DNA of 64,000 nt from a virus (IMGVR_UViG_3300042997_001039:17436-81435); one strand, 5' to 3'. Counted from the first letter of the stretch, positions 1 to 10,381 are shown. Notes: generated by a model not told the origin, from the sequence alone. A program made the numbers and translations.

Positions 1-2
1 AA

Positions 3-317
3 AGCGGAAAAAATCGCAAAGGATTCAACACCAGTAATAAACCCAAATTGGCAGCCTGTGCCAAATTCAAACACTTGGTAGAAAGCCGTAGAATGACAAT
101 TTCCAGTGCCAGCCTAATATCAGAAATGAAAAACTTTGTGGCCCACGGAGTAGGATATGCTGCAAAACCCGGCGAAACAGACGACTTAATCATGGCCACG
201 CTGTTAGTTACACGCATGTTACAGGTTCTACAAAGTTATCACAGCGAACTTGATACACAAATGCGTGATCACCAAGACGAAATGATTGCACCTCTTCCGT
301 TCGTTATGACTATGTAA
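3..317 (+). CDS. gp17: Terminase large subunit, C-terminal nuclease part (5'-truncated by window)
   Basis: Frame is open from base 3 (SGKNRKGFNTSNKPKLAACAKFKHLVES...AAKPGETDDLIMA); matches the T4 gp17-type RNase H-like C-terminus with its DDLxMA motif. Confidence 0.85.
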   Translation, partial: SGKNRKGFNTSNKPKLAACAKFKHLVESRRMTISSASLISEMKNFVAHGVGYAAKPGETDDLIMATLLVTRMLQVLQSYHSELDTQMRDHQDEMIAPLPFVMTM

Positions 318-325
318 TATAAATA
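318..325 (+). promoter_or_regulatory. T4-type late promoter TATAAATA
   Basis: Exact TATAAATA 4 nt before the ATG at 330. Confidence 0.7.
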
Positions 326-329
326 CAAC

Positions 330-1715
330 ATGGAAAACTCAGCACAAACCCAATTGTACAATTTATTAGTAACCAGAGATTTTGAGCCTGAAATGAAAGA
401 TGCTCAGGGCAAAGACGTCAACGACCCTGCTGAAGCAGATATGTTTACTTTTGACTGGAAAACAGAAAACAAAAACTACGGAACAGTGGTTTTATTGGTG
501 GGTCAAGACAAAAATTTAACTGTGTTTTTTGGCGACAACGTGGGTCGCAGTATGGAAGGTGAAGATAAATCAGCATGGTACTCTTTCTTGAACCAGATCA
601 AGCAGTTCTCCACACGTAATCTATTAAACTTTGAATTACAAAACATAAACAAATTGAAATATACCATGCAAGGTATGGCTGCTATCAAGGAAGGCCTATT
701 TGAAGGTTACTACGGTAACAAAAAATACAGCTACAGCGATCAACCAAAGCAGGTTAAATTGGTAATCAAGCATGATCGTCCCCTGGGCGAGAGCGACAAG
801 CGTTATCGTAACATTGACAGCATCTTTGTTGAAACCGGTGATGGTGAACGTTTCAAAGTGCCTACTCGCAGTCTTGCACACGGCAAGATGTTGGCTCGCC
901 ATGTCAGCGAAGGTGGAAATCCTTATGATGCATTTGGCCAGCACATCGGTGAAGTGGTTTCCGAAATGAATATTCTACGCAAATTTGTTCGTGCTGCTCG
1001 CGGTCGTCAATTCGGTGGTGCCGCTGGAGAAATGTCGGAAGCTGCTGTTTTGCACTATAACGAACTCAAAGACAAAGCCAAACGCATGATTAGCCAACGT
1101 GGGTATCATCGCGAATTAGAAAGCTATGATCCTGCTGCTGCCACTGATGCAGGACAAATGGCAGAAACCATACGTGAAATGTTCATTGAACAGTCGTTAG
1201 ACAGCCGTATCGAAGAAGCCTTACCAATCTTGGCCAGATTAACAGGAAAACAAAATCAAATGAAAGAAGCTGACCAATTTGAATCTTGGGCCAACACAGT
1301 AACCGAAGGTACTTGGGCCACTCCTGATACTCCTGAAGCCGAAAATGATCTCAAACTATTATTAAGTAAACCTTTTGCAGTTGGTCCCAATGCCACTTAT
1401 GCAACTGAAAAGTTGTACGATTTATTAGGCGACGACCAATTGTTTGACCAACTAGCAGAACTGGCAGAGCAAGATCCCGATGCTGATGCCAGACCACTTA
1501 TACAAGCTCGCTTGGAAGAATTAGATATTGATATTGCTATGCCTGCTGCCGAAGTGCTGCCGCCTGCTGAGCCAGCTGCTGCCCAAACTCCTCCACCAGA
1601 AGATCCTGTGCAGGCCGAAAATCTTGACACAGATGGTGTTATGATGACCAAGCCCAGCAACATGAGCAGTGAGAGTGTAGAAAGAATTCTCAAGTTGGCA
1701 CAACTGATCAAATAA
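330..1715 (+). CDS. Conserved phage hypothetical protein (late, possibly head-associated)
   Basis: 461-aa ORF behind a late promoter, next to terminase; acidic, Pro/Ala-rich C-terminal linker. Confidence 0.6.
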   Translation: MENSAQTQLYNLLVTRDFEPEMKDAQGKDVNDPAEADMFTFDWKTENKNYGTVVLLVGQDKNLTVFFGDNVGRSMEGEDKSAWYSFLNQIKQFSTRNLLNFELQNINKLKYTMQGMAAIKEGLFEGYYGNKKYSYSDQPKQVKLVIKHDRPLGESDKRYRNIDSIFVETGDGERFKVPTRSLAHGKMLARHVSEGGNPYDAFGQHIGEVVSEMNILRKFVRAARGRQFGGAAGEMSEAAVLHYNELKDKAKRMISQRGYHRELESYDPAAATDAGQMAETIREMFIEQSLDSRIEEALPILARLTGKQNQMKEADQFESWANTVTEGTWATPDTPEAENDLKLLLSKPFAVGPNATYATEKLYDLLGDDQLFDQLAELAEQDPDADARPLIQARLEELDIDIAMPAAEVLPPAEPAAAQTPPPEDPVQAENLDTDGVMMTKPSNMSSESVERILKLAQLIK

Positions 1716-1750
1716 ATTTGCCTTTTAGTGTTGCGATAATAAATACTTTC

Positions 1751-1775
1751 ACGTATACTCAGTGTTAGTATACGT
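1751..1775 (+). promoter_or_regulatory. Perfect 9-bp hairpin in the gp32 leader
   Basis: ACGTATACT-cagtgtt-AGTATACGT, just after TAAATA (1740-1745) and 40 nt before the gp32 ATG. Confidence 0.55.
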
Positions 1776-1815
1776 TTGTATATTATTGTAAATCAACTTT
1801 AAAAGGCAACTTATC

Positions 1816-2808
1816 ATGGCATCATTAGCAGAAATCAGAGCAAGACTCCAGGCAGCAGAATCAAACAAAGGTGGTCAATCATCCGGTGGCGGCGATAACG
1901 CAATTTATCCACACTGGAACATGGAAGAAGGTAGTTCAGCATTGTTGCGTTTCCTTCCAGACGCAAATAACAAAAACACATTTTTCTGGGTAGAACGAGC
2001 AATGATTCGTTTACCATTCAACGGAATCAAAGGTGAGATGGACACCAAACAAGTACAAGTACAAGTACCATGCGTAGAAATGTGGGGCGAGTCGTGCCCA
2101 ATTCTGGCAGAAGTTCGTACTTGGTTCAAGGACAAGAGCCTTGAAGAAATGGGTCGCAAGTATTGGAAAAAGCGTAGCTATGTGTTCCAGGGCTTTGTAC
2201 GTGAGAATCCAATCTCCGAAGACAAGACTCCAGAAAATCCAATCCGTAGATTTATCATTGGTCCACAAATCTTTGCAACTATTAAGTCTGCATTGATGGA
2301 TCCAGAACTTGAGGAATTGCCAACAGACATGTTGCGTGGTTTGGATTTCCGTATTGCTAAAACCAGCAAAGGCGGATATGCTGACTACAATACTTCGAAG
2401 TGGTCACGTAAAGAATCAGCCTTAACTGAAGCAGAACAAGCTGCTGTTGATAAACACGGTTTGTTTGATCTTTCTACATTCTTGCCCAAAAAGCCAACAG
2501 ATATTGAGCTTAAGGTCATGAAGGAAATGTTCGAAGCATCAGTTGATGGTCAACCATATGACACAGAGCGTTGGGGTCAATACTTCCGTCCAGCAGGTGT
2601 TCAAGCACCTGCTGGCAACGGCGCACCTGCTGCTAATTCTACTCCTGCAGCACCAGCAGCAGTTCGATCGACGCCTACACCAGTGGATGATGTTCCATTT
2701 GACGCAGATGAACCAGCACCAGTGACAGTTCCGGTGGCAACTGAGAACAAGCCAGCAGCCAAAGCCGAGGACATTTTGGCAATGATCCGTGCACGTCAAG
2801 CCAAGTAG
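1816..2808 (+). CDS. gp32: Single-stranded DNA-binding protein (T4 gp32-like)
   Basis: LLRFLPD, VPCVEMWGESCPI, YWKKRSY, GPQIF, YADYNTSKW motifs and acidic/Ala-rich tail typical of gp32. Confidence 0.9.
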   Translation: MASLAEIRARLQAAESNKGGQSSGGGDNAIYPHWNMEEGSSALLRFLPDANNKNTFFWVERAMIRLPFNGIKGEMDTKQVQVQVPCVEMWGESCPILAEVRTWFKDKSLEEMGRKYWKKRSYVFQGFVRENPISEDKTPENPIRRFIIGPQIFATIKSALMDPELEELPTDMLRGLDFRIAKTSKGGYADYNTSKWSRKESALTEAEQAAVDKHGLFDLSTFLPKKPTDIELKVMKEMFEASVDGQPYDTERWGQYFRPAGVQAPAGNGAPAANSTPAAPAAVRSTPTPVDDVPFDADEPAPVTVPVATENKPAAKAEDILAMIRARQAK

Positions 2809-2810
2809 CA

Positions 2811-3761
2811 ATGAAGAAAGTATTAGGACCAAATGACTATCAAACTTTTGAGATTGATAGTCAAACCTCCCATGTAATTTTTCATGATTGCATGGGAGGG
2901 TTTGATTCTAACTATCGATCTCCGGTGTTAGATCGATTAGTACAGGTAACTAACAGTAGACCTTTAATAGTCCAAACAGAGTATCTGCCTAATGACAGAA
3001 TTCGAAATAATTATCCCAGCTTAGATATTCAATTTGATATAGAACAACACCTAAATGTGTTGGGTCAATTTTATCAATATCGAATGCACCCCGAGATAAA
3101 CTTTAAAAACTTTGTTTGCAGTTTTAATGGAACTGCACATGTATCAAGGAAGCTATTAGTCGCTATACTATACAGGATGGGCTGGTACAATCCTGAATAT
3201 TCCAGTAAGGTATTTGCATTTACCAACAACGAGCTTGTGGGACACATACAAGATTTTGTCGGCGATCAAGAAAGATTTTATTGTAAATTCTTTACCGATA
3301 ACAATTCTGACAAATTCTTTAACTCGACAAATGAGTTTAATTATAGAAGATTTGATCATTCGACTAACATTATAACTTTGGAAAACAAACTAACAAAAAG
3401 TTTTGTCCATCTAGTGAGCGAGAGTATGTCAACAACATATTGTCCATGCATTGGTGAAAAATTTCTTTATAGTGTTGTTACACGCGGACTTTTTGTTTGT
3501 TATGCACCATTGAATTGTCATAAACAATTGTTCGACTGTCACGGATTTAAAGCCTACGATAAAATATTTGATTATAGATTTGACACTGTTGAAAATCCTG
3601 TGGAACGACTAATGTGTCTTGTAGAAATGCTTACTAAGTTTGAGAAGCTCAGTCAAGATGATTGGATGGATCTTTATCGACTAGAAACAGATGCAATTGA
3701 ATTCAATTATGATCATTACTTTAGCAAAAATTATATCAAATGCCTTGAGCGTTTTGTTTAG
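2811..3761 (+). CDS. Hypothetical protein, possibly glycosyltransferase-like
   Basis: 316 aa; C-terminal 'LVSES...IGEKF...GF...IFDYRFD' loosely resembles GT10-type motifs. Confidence 0.35.
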   Translation: MKKVLGPNDYQTFEIDSQTSHVIFHDCMGGFDSNYRSPVLDRLVQVTNSRPLIVQTEYLPNDRIRNNYPSLDIQFDIEQHLNVLGQFYQYRMHPEINFKNFVCSFNGTAHVSRKLLVAILYRMGWYNPEYSSKVFAFTNNELVGHIQDFVGDQERFYCKFFTDNNSDKFFNSTNEFNYRRFDHSTNIITLENKLTKSFVHLVSESMSTTYCPCIGEKFLYSVVTRGLFVCYAPLNCHKQLFDCHGFKAYDKIFDYRFDTVENPVERLMCLVEMLTKFEKLSQDDWMDLYRLETDAIEFNYDHYFSKNYIKCLERFV

Positions 3762-3772
3762 TTATTAGAAAA

Positions 3773-4360
3773 ATGCAGCTACTTATAATCGGTGATAGTT
3801 TTGCTGCAGACTGGTCTGTTAAATATCGAGAAAAACATGGTTGGCCAAATTATCTAGCAGACAAATATTCAGTAACCAACCTTGCACAAGCGGGTTGTAG
3901 CGAGTACAAGATTAAAAAACAATTGGATTCGATAAAACTCAAAGACTATACGCATTGTATTGTGACTCATACTAGCCCGTCGAGGATTCCTGTAGAGAAA
4001 AATCCTTTACATTATAACGACACGTTACATCACAATTGCGATTTCATTTATGCAGATGTGGCTGAATCTTCGAATATCGAAGTGTTGTGTGTTAAAGAAT
4101 ATTACGAAAAATTTTACAATGAGAATTTTTATAGATATGTATATGAACTTATAGCACAAGATATTTTTGACACATTGAATGGTGCTAAAATCAAAACATT
4201 ACATATCTCATTTTTTGATTACCCTTTACGCTGTTTGGATTTTAATTATTACAAATTATTTAAGAAATTACCCGGAACCACAAACCATTTATCAGAAATA
4301 GGCAACAAAAAAGTTTTTACCAGTATCAATCATTGGTTAGAATCAGATGAAAAAATCTAA
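3773..4360 (+). CDS. SGNH/GDSL-like protein
   Basis: IIGDSF block I, NLAQAGCS block II, C-terminal NHLS. Confidence 0.6.
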   Translation: MQLLIIGDSFAADWSVKYREKHGWPNYLADKYSVTNLAQAGCSEYKIKKQLDSIKLKDYTHCIVTHTSPSRIPVEKNPLHYNDTLHHNCDFIYADVAESSNIEVLCVKEYYEKFYNENFYRYVYELIAQDIFDTLNGAKIKTLHISFFDYPLRCLDFNYYKLFKKLPGTTNHLSEIGNKKVFTSINHWLESDEKI

Positions 4361-5201
4361 AGTAATAATTGGCGGTTGTAGTTATACTGCTGGACTGCCC
4401 TGGCCATCGCGGCTATTTCCCAATACTGATGTGTTAAACTTGGCACAAGGTGGGGCCAGTAATCGATTTATCAGCGACAGTATTATACACAGTATTGATC
4501 TTGCTAATAAACCTGACTTTGTTTTTATACTGTGGACTGGATTAAACAAATTGGATATGATTTTACCAGATTCTCCTGCGGTAAAACAATTAGCACACTT
4601 CAATCAGTATTATGGCAAGATTGGAAATTCTTATTATATGTTTGACGGTGGAGACAAGTATAATTCTGTACTGGTAAAAAATTATAAAAATATCAAAGAT
4701 CCATTATGGCCTGCGGTGAATAACTTATTGGATTTTTGTAATTTACCTGCCGGGATTGTAGCAGAATGTTACAGAAAAAATATCTTGCCAATGCAGCAAG
4801 TTGAGTTAAACAACTTGGAACAATATTTGCAAACAAGTTTTTTCCTACAAAGACTATACAAAGATTCAAAATTTTTTAACGATGTTTCTTTGTCGGCAGT
4901 GGTACAATGCTGTATCTTTTTAGATTATCATAAAATACCTTACCAATTTAGTTTTTTCTGCGATATTTTTTCGGATCATGCCGATACTCCATTGTTACAA
5001 GGCAAAATTGATAAAACTAATATAAATTTTTCTCGCATTCCTTGGCAAAAGTATGTTAAACTAACACCATACGAATACGGTTTGAAAAACAACTTAATAG
5101 CAAAAGACGATTTTCATTTGACTGTTGATGGCATGAATCAATGGGCTAATGAAATAAAACAACATTTAATAAAAGGCAATGACCATGGCAAAACCATTTG
5201 A
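4347..5201 (+). CDS. SGNH/GDSL-like protein
   Basis: GGCSYT, NLAQGGASN, C-terminal DDFHL. Confidence 0.6.
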   Translation: MKKSKVIIGGCSYTAGLPWPSRLFPNTDVLNLAQGGASNRFISDSIIHSIDLANKPDFVFILWTGLNKLDMILPDSPAVKQLAHFNQYYGKIGNSYYMFDGGDKYNSVLVKNYKNIKDPLWPAVNNLLDFCNLPAGIVAECYRKNILPMQQVELNNLEQYLQTSFFLQRLYKDSKFFNDVSLSAVVQCCIFLDYHKIPYQFSFFCDIFSDHADTPLLQGKIDKTNINFSRIPWQKYVKLTPYEYGLKNNLIAKDDFHLTVDGMNQWANEIKQHLIKGNDHGKTI

Positions 5202-6249
5202 TGTATCAAAGTTCCGAAAGGAAATCACAAAAAGTATCGATGGATTAAGCATCGGTTTCAATGATCCAACAGACTGGATTTCAACAGGTAATTATGCACT
5301 TAATTACTTAATCTCCGGAGACTTTAATAAAGGCGTTCCGCTAGGTAAAGTAACTGTATTTGCAGGTGAATCGGGTGCAGGAAAATCATATTTCTGTTCT
5401 GGCAACATCATTAAGAATGCACAGCAACAAGGCATTTTTGTTATATTAGTCGATAGTGAAAATGCACTTGACGAAAGCTGGATGCAAGCACTAGGTGTGG
5501 ATACTAGCCCAGACAAGCTTCTCAAGCTGTCAATGGCCATGATCGACGATGTAGCTAAAACCATTGCTACATTTATGGGCGATTACAAGGCATTACCGGA
5601 TGGCGAACGTCCAAAAGTCTTATTTGTTATTGACAGTTTAGGTATGTTGTTGACACCCACAGACGTTAATCAGTTTGAAGCAGGCGAAATGAAAGGTGAC
5701 TTGGGTCGTAAGCCAAAGGCCCTGACAGCACTGGTTCGTAACTGTGTCAACATGTTTGGTAGTTATAACGTGGGCATGGTCTGTACCAATCACACATACG
5801 CATCACAAGACATGTTTGACCCTGATGACAAAATCTCAGGTGGACAAGGCTTTATCTATGCAAGCAGTATTGTTATTGCAATGAAGAAGCTGAAGTTGAA
5901 AGAGGACGAAGATGGTAACAAGATCTCTGACGTCATGGGTATTCGAGCCGCTTGCAAGGTCATGAAGACCCGCTATGCTAAACCTTTTGAAGGCGTCCAG
6001 GTCAAGATCCCGTACGAGACAGGCATGAACCCTTACAGTGGTCTAGTGGACTTGGCCGAAAAACGCGGCTTGTTAAAGAAAGATGGCAACAGACTGGCAT
6101 TTACTACACCCGACGGTGAAGTAATTAAACAATTCCGCAAGGCTTGGGAAAGCAACGAAGATGGTTGTTTGGACAAAGTTATGCAAGATTTTGCAAAACA
6201 GACGGATGTGGTAAGTACTCCTGGCACAGTTACAGAAGGAGAAGAATAA
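5185..6249 (+). CDS. uvsX: RecA-like recombinase UvsX
   Basis: Walker A GESGAGKS, VIDSLG, KISGGQGFIYASS. Confidence 0.92.
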   Translation: MAKPFDVSKFRKEITKSIDGLSIGFNDPTDWISTGNYALNYLISGDFNKGVPLGKVTVFAGESGAGKSYFCSGNIIKNAQQQGIFVILVDSENALDESWMQALGVDTSPDKLLKLSMAMIDDVAKTIATFMGDYKALPDGERPKVLFVIDSLGMLLTPTDVNQFEAGEMKGDLGRKPKALTALVRNCVNMFGSYNVGMVCTNHTYASQDMFDPDDKISGGQGFIYASSIVIAMKKLKLKEDEDGNKISDVMGIRAACKVMKTRYAKPFEGVQVKIPYETGMNPYSGLVDLAEKRGLLKKDGNRLAFTTPDGEVIKQFRKAWESNEDGCLDKVMQDFAKQTDVVSTPGTVTEGEE

Positions 6250-6250
6250 C

Positions 6251-6508
6251 ATGTCAGTTGATTTAGCAGCAGCAGTTTGGGAAGAACTTAAACGTTATAT
6301 TGGTCCTTTGGACAGAACCGAAGCAGCCGATTCACTGGTCAATTTACTAATAGATAGTAATTTTGACTCTGACGAAATTCGTGAATCATTTAGAGGTGAT
6401 GCCGAAGTTAAAAAAGCCCTACAAGGATACTTAGATGATCATGACGACGAAGAAGAGATCGACGACGATAACGATTACGAAGAAGATGATGAGGAAGAAG
6501 ATTATTAA
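6251..6508 (+). CDS. Acidic hypothetical protein
   Basis: 85 aa with Asp/Glu-rich tail, between uvsX and uvsY. Confidence 0.6.
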   Translation: MSVDLAAAVWEELKRYIGPLDRTEAADSLVNLLIDSNFDSDEIRESFRGDAEVKKALQGYLDDHDDEEEIDDDNDYEEDDEEEDY

Positions 6509-6510
6509 TC

Positions 6511-6963
6511 ATGTGGTATAACCGTGTAGTAGCCAATCTCGGAGAAATTCCTAATTTTATTGCTCATTTTGAAATAGAGCTTGCGGAAGCCAAACGAGAA
6601 TGTCGAATTGGTGGCTACGTAGAGATTAATATTAAAGAACTTCCTGGTATAACCGAACATCGTTTTAATCAACTGCAAGAGATCGAAGCGGTGCTTAACT
6701 TTCTAAACATACAACTACGCAAGATTCGTCGCAAGCACTTTAAACACTACCTCGAAGGATACGGCCGTGCTCTGACCAGTAGAGATGCTGAAAAGTATGT
6801 GGATGGCGAGGATGAAGTGATTGATTTTGAAACTATCATTAATGAAGTAGCCCTGCTTCGTAATAAATGGTTAGGTATTATGAAAGGTCTGGAAAGTAAA
6901 CAGTGGATGTCGGGGCACATTGTTAGATTAAGAACAGCCGGAATGGAAGATGTACAAGTATGA
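6511..6963 (+). CDS. uvsY: Recombination mediator UvsY
   Basis: Helical 150-aa protein with 'LTSRDAEKYVDGEDEV' and 'KGLESKQW' UvsY-like motifs; synteny with uvsX. Confidence 0.75.
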   Translation: MWYNRVVANLGEIPNFIAHFEIELAEAKRECRIGGYVEINIKELPGITEHRFNQLQEIEAVLNFLNIQLRKIRRKHFKHYLEGYGRALTSRDAEKYVDGEDEVIDFETIINEVALLRNKWLGIMKGLESKQWMSGHIVRLRTAGMEDVQV

Positions 6964-7718
6964 CACGATTTAGTCGACCAGAACTTAGCCATCAACACAG
7001 CCTTGAAACTCTCAGTTGTTTGTATGAGTACGATGACTTTATGCAGAGTATTGATACTTTAGTTGATATGGGTTGCGGCGACGGGCACGATTTAGAATGG
7101 TGGGCAACACGAACTACTCGTGACGAATCTGCCCGTCCTCTTAATATTCGTTGTCTTGGCGTAGACATGGCCAAAGAATTGCCAATGGCCTATCGTTACT
7201 CTAATATACAATACTGTTCTCAAGATTTTGAAATCCCTGTAAAAATGCATAAACACAAATATGATATTGTTTGGTGTCATGATGCATTTCAGTATGTAAT
7301 TGATCCATTTAATACGTTGGCTAATTGGTGGAAAATAATGAGCACTGGCGGTATGTTAGTTATTGTTGTGCCACAAACCACTAATCTCGAATTTAATGTA
7401 CAGGCCTTTGACCAGCAAGACCATTGTTATTATAATTGGACCATGGTCAGTTTATTACATGTTCTTGCAGTGTCTGGGTTTGATTGCGGCAGCGGATTCT
7501 TTAAGAAAAATCCCGGAGATTCGTGGCTACACGCTGTAGTATACAAAAGCGAGCACGAGCCAATGAATCCCAAGACCACTAAGTGGTATGATCTATGCGA
7601 TCGAAATTTACTTCCTGAAACAGCAGCACATTCAATACAGAAATATGGTTATTTACGGCAGCGTGATTTAATTTTGCCGTGGTTAGATAAAAGTTTAACT
7701 TGGTTAGGGAAACAATAA
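6960..7718 (+). CDS. Class I SAM-dependent methyltransferase
   Basis: VDMGCGDG motif I, YDIVWCHDAFQY, GGMLVIVVP. Confidence 0.8.
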   Translation: MTRFSRPELSHQHSLETLSCLYEYDDFMQSIDTLVDMGCGDGHDLEWWATRTTRDESARPLNIRCLGVDMAKELPMAYRYSNIQYCSQDFEIPVKMHKHKYDIVWCHDAFQYVIDPFNTLANWWKIMSTGGMLVIVVPQTTNLEFNVQAFDQQDHCYYNWTMVSLLHVLAVSGFDCGSGFFKKNPGDSWLHAVVYKSEHEPMNPKTTKWYDLCDRNLLPETAAHSIQKYGYLRQRDLILPWLDKSLTWLGKQ

Positions 7719-8062
7719 TGATTGCAGGAAAAGTATGGGGCCAAACAGAACTGCTGGAAGCCAACGGTGTGCTGGAGTTTCATCGCATTGAAGCTAAAAA
7801 AGGTGGAACCTGTAGCAAACATCAACATCAGTACAAATGGAACGGCTTTTATGTTGAAAAAGGTGCATTGTTGATACGGGTGTGGAAAAACAATTACGAC
7901 TTAGTTGACGAAACTTTGCTAACAGATGGTATGTATACCAAAGTAGCCCCAGGCGAATTCCATCAGTTTGAAGCCTTGGCAGATACAGTGGCATTTGAAT
8001 TGTATTGGGCTGAGTTTGATCACAATGATATCGAAAGAGAAAGCGTAGGATCTATAAAATAA
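7718..8062 (+). CDS. Cupin-domain protein
   Basis: KVWG, SKHQHQYKWNGFYVEKG and PGEFHQF cupin motifs. Confidence 0.75.
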   Translation: MIAGKVWGQTELLEANGVLEFHRIEAKKGGTCSKHQHQYKWNGFYVEKGALLIRVWKNNYDLVDETLLTDGMYTKVAPGEFHQFEALADTVAFELYWAEFDHNDIERESVGSIK

Positions 8063-8715
8063 TGTACGAACATTTGGGTTGGTATTTCCCTGACCTCGAT
8101 CAACACTTTTCAAGAACTGTGTCGCAATGGCCAGAGACCGATTATCAACAGGCCACTATCGATGAAGCATTGCAACACGTAACAAAATTTGATTGTGCAG
8201 TCGATGTTGGCGGAAATATCGGCCTACACACTGTTAGATTTGCACAAAAGTTTCAACAAGTTCACTCGTTTGAACCTACTGCGGTCAATTTTGAATGTCT
8301 TGCCAAGAATACCGAATCTCTTGATAATGTTACACTGCATCAATTGGGATTGGGACATGAGCAAACTGTATTAACAATACGACTACCGGTTGCATCTGAC
8401 AATTGTGGTAATTTTTCTATAGTTGATTTTGATACAGATACTAACACAATTGATCAATCAATTTCGATAGTGACCATGGATTCGTTAAATCTTGCACCAG
8501 ACTTGATCAAGATAGATGTGCAAGGGTTTGATTACAATGTGTTAGTTGGAGCTGCTGACACTATCAAGACTTACCGACCAGTAATTATTATAGAGTCTGA
8601 AACTAAAAAATCAAGAAACACCATCGGCGAATTCTTAACTGTGCGTGGCTATTCAGTAGCAGCTAAAATCCGCCATGATCAAATTTGGGTGTATTCTGAA
8701 ACAGCCTTGCAATAG
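8062..8715 (+). CDS. FkbM-family methyltransferase
   Basis: VDVGGNIG, HSFEP, IKIDVQG, RPVIIIE. Confidence 0.85.
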   Translation: MYEHLGWYFPDLDQHFSRTVSQWPETDYQQATIDEALQHVTKFDCAVDVGGNIGLHTVRFAQKFQQVHSFEPTAVNFECLAKNTESLDNVTLHQLGLGHEQTVLTIRLPVASDNCGNFSIVDFDTDTNTIDQSISIVTMDSLNLAPDLIKIDVQGFDYNVLVGAADTIKTYRPVIIIESETKKSRNTIGEFLTVRGYSVAAKIRHDQIWVYSETALQ

Positions 8716-9523
8716 GTTGTCCTGTAGCCAATTCTGCACAGGTCCACTCTGTATGTGAGAGATTGATCAACCACTCGCTACGATCAGGTCTTGCAGGTGA
8801 TTCAATCAGGCTCCAGTCTAAGTTGGCCACTGGTGCAGCCAAACTCGTTTCACCTACAAAAGCAGGAACACCAGACACGACAGCTTGACTGCCAGGCCCG
8901 CTGTTCCAGTTTATCACAGCCCACGCATGATTTAATGCTCTATCAAAATCAAAGTCATCGTAGGTATCGGGCATGTGCAAGGGCTTGTCTATAATACAAC
9001 CTGGTAATACTACAACTTCTCGTCTAGGGTGACTGCGTATCACTATGGGTCTTTGTGTATGTTTGCGAAGATCGTCTACTGTTTGTTTCAACCAAGTCTC
9101 GATAGCGGGTTGTCCTGCCCATTGCTCGCTGTCGTCTCTTTGTAGAGCAATTATAATGTCATCCCCTGACTCACGCCACGGTTTCAATTGCAAATTTAGT
9201 TTCTGTGGTCTTTGTAGATCTATCCCGTGACCATAAAAGGCATTTGCTCCTGTACCATTTATGCCCATTTTCCAAGTATGTCCGCGTTGCAACATGCCTA
9301 CTTCTAACACTATAACTGACCGACCACTATTGCAAAACGTCTGCCATACAGCGTGATTCTGTCGCATACGACCCGACCATAACACACTCCAAATAACAGC
9401 AACATCTGCTGACATGTCGTGACTGCTGTGTGCAAAGCCCAGCTGATCGAGCCCTTGCTGAAACGCAGCAAACACTGGTTGACTGTTTAAGGCACCAAAT
9501 TTATTAAATAGACCAAAACGCAT
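8663..9523 (-). CDS. KpsS/KpsC-like (Capsule_synth) glycosyltransferase paralog 1
   Basis: LQRDD, VIRSHP, NWNSGPGSQAVVSGVPAF. Confidence 0.55.
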   Translation of the reverse strand: MRFGLFNKFGALNSQPVFAAFQQGLDQLGFAHSSHDMSADVAVIWSVLWSGRMRQNHAVWQTFCNSGRSVIVLEVGMLQRGHTWKMGINGTGANAFYGHGIDLQRPQKLNLQLKPWRESGDDIIIALQRDDSEQWAGQPAIETWLKQTVDDLRKHTQRPIVIRSHPRREVVVLPGCIIDKPLHMPDTYDDFDFDRALNHAWAVINWNSGPGSQAVVSGVPAFVGETSLAAPVANLDWSLIESPARPDRSEWLINLSHTEWTCAELATGQPIARLFQNTPKFDHGGF

Positions 9524-9559
9524 GAGATTAAATACCTGAGACAGTATTTAAGGACATTT

Positions 9560-10381
9560 ATGACTCGCAAATTTTCTGTAGTAACCACGTTCAATCAAGC
9601 CGGATATGACAAGTATGGTAGCCGTATGATTGATACATTTTTGGCAAACTGGCCCCGAGAAGTCAATTTATATGTGTATGCAGAAGATTGTCAAGTCGCA
9701 CAAACAGCACCAAACTTAACTGTATACGATTTTCACGCTCGAGTGCCTGCGTTAGTGGCATTTAAGAATCAATATCAGGATGATCCACGTGCCAACGGCC
9801 GACTACCAATGGGTCCAGCCGGCAGTAACGGCAAACAACGTGGCATTGGATTCCGTTGGGACGCTGTAAGATTTAGCCACAAGATTTATGCTGTGTGTGA
9901 TGCTGCCCGTAACAGTCTGGACACTGTTTTTTGGATGGATGCTGACATGGTATGCCATAGCCCAATTACATTAGAAACAATTAATAGATTAATGCCGCTG
10001 ACAGCAGACATTGCTTTCTTGGGTCGCAGTAACAAGTATACCGAAACAGGTTTATGGGCTATCAACATGAGCAACAGTGCCAACATGTTGTTCATGCAAT
10101 GGATGCAGGCAGCATATGATGATGCAGAAACAGGTGTGTTAGCCATGAAAGAATTCCACGACTGTTGGGTGTTTGATCGCACAAGAGAACGTTTGCAAGC
10201 TCAAGTGCCTGCGTGGCGACAATTAAATTGGTCTGCACAATTTGTGATGGGCGAAGGACATCCTCTTATCAATACAGAATGGGGTGCGTATTTGGATCAC
10301 CTTAAAGGCAACCGCAAAGATGCCGGTCGTAGCAAGACCAAAGATCTTGTGGTCAACAGAGCAGAAGGGTATTGGCGATGA
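9560..10381 (+). CDS. GT-A fold glycosyltransferase
   Basis: RFSHKIYA, FWMDADMV (DxD), HLKG. Confidence 0.7.
   Translation: MTRKFSVVTTFNQAGYDKYGSRMIDTFLANWPREVNLYVYAEDCQVAQTAPNLTVYDFHARVPALVAFKNQYQDDPRANGRLPMGPAGSNGKQRGIGFRWDAVRFSHKIYAVCDAARNSLDTVFWMDADMVCHSPITLETINRLMPLTADIAFLGRSNKYTETGLWAINMSNSANMLFMQWMQAAYDDAETGVLAMKEFHDCWVFDRTRERLQAQVPAWRQLNWSAQFVMGEGHPLINTEWGAYLDHLKGNRKDAGRSKTKDLVVNRAEGYWR

Noticed and set aside
6430-6505. GAC/GAA/GAT low-complexity run
   Set aside because: It simply encodes the acidic tail of the 85-aa protein
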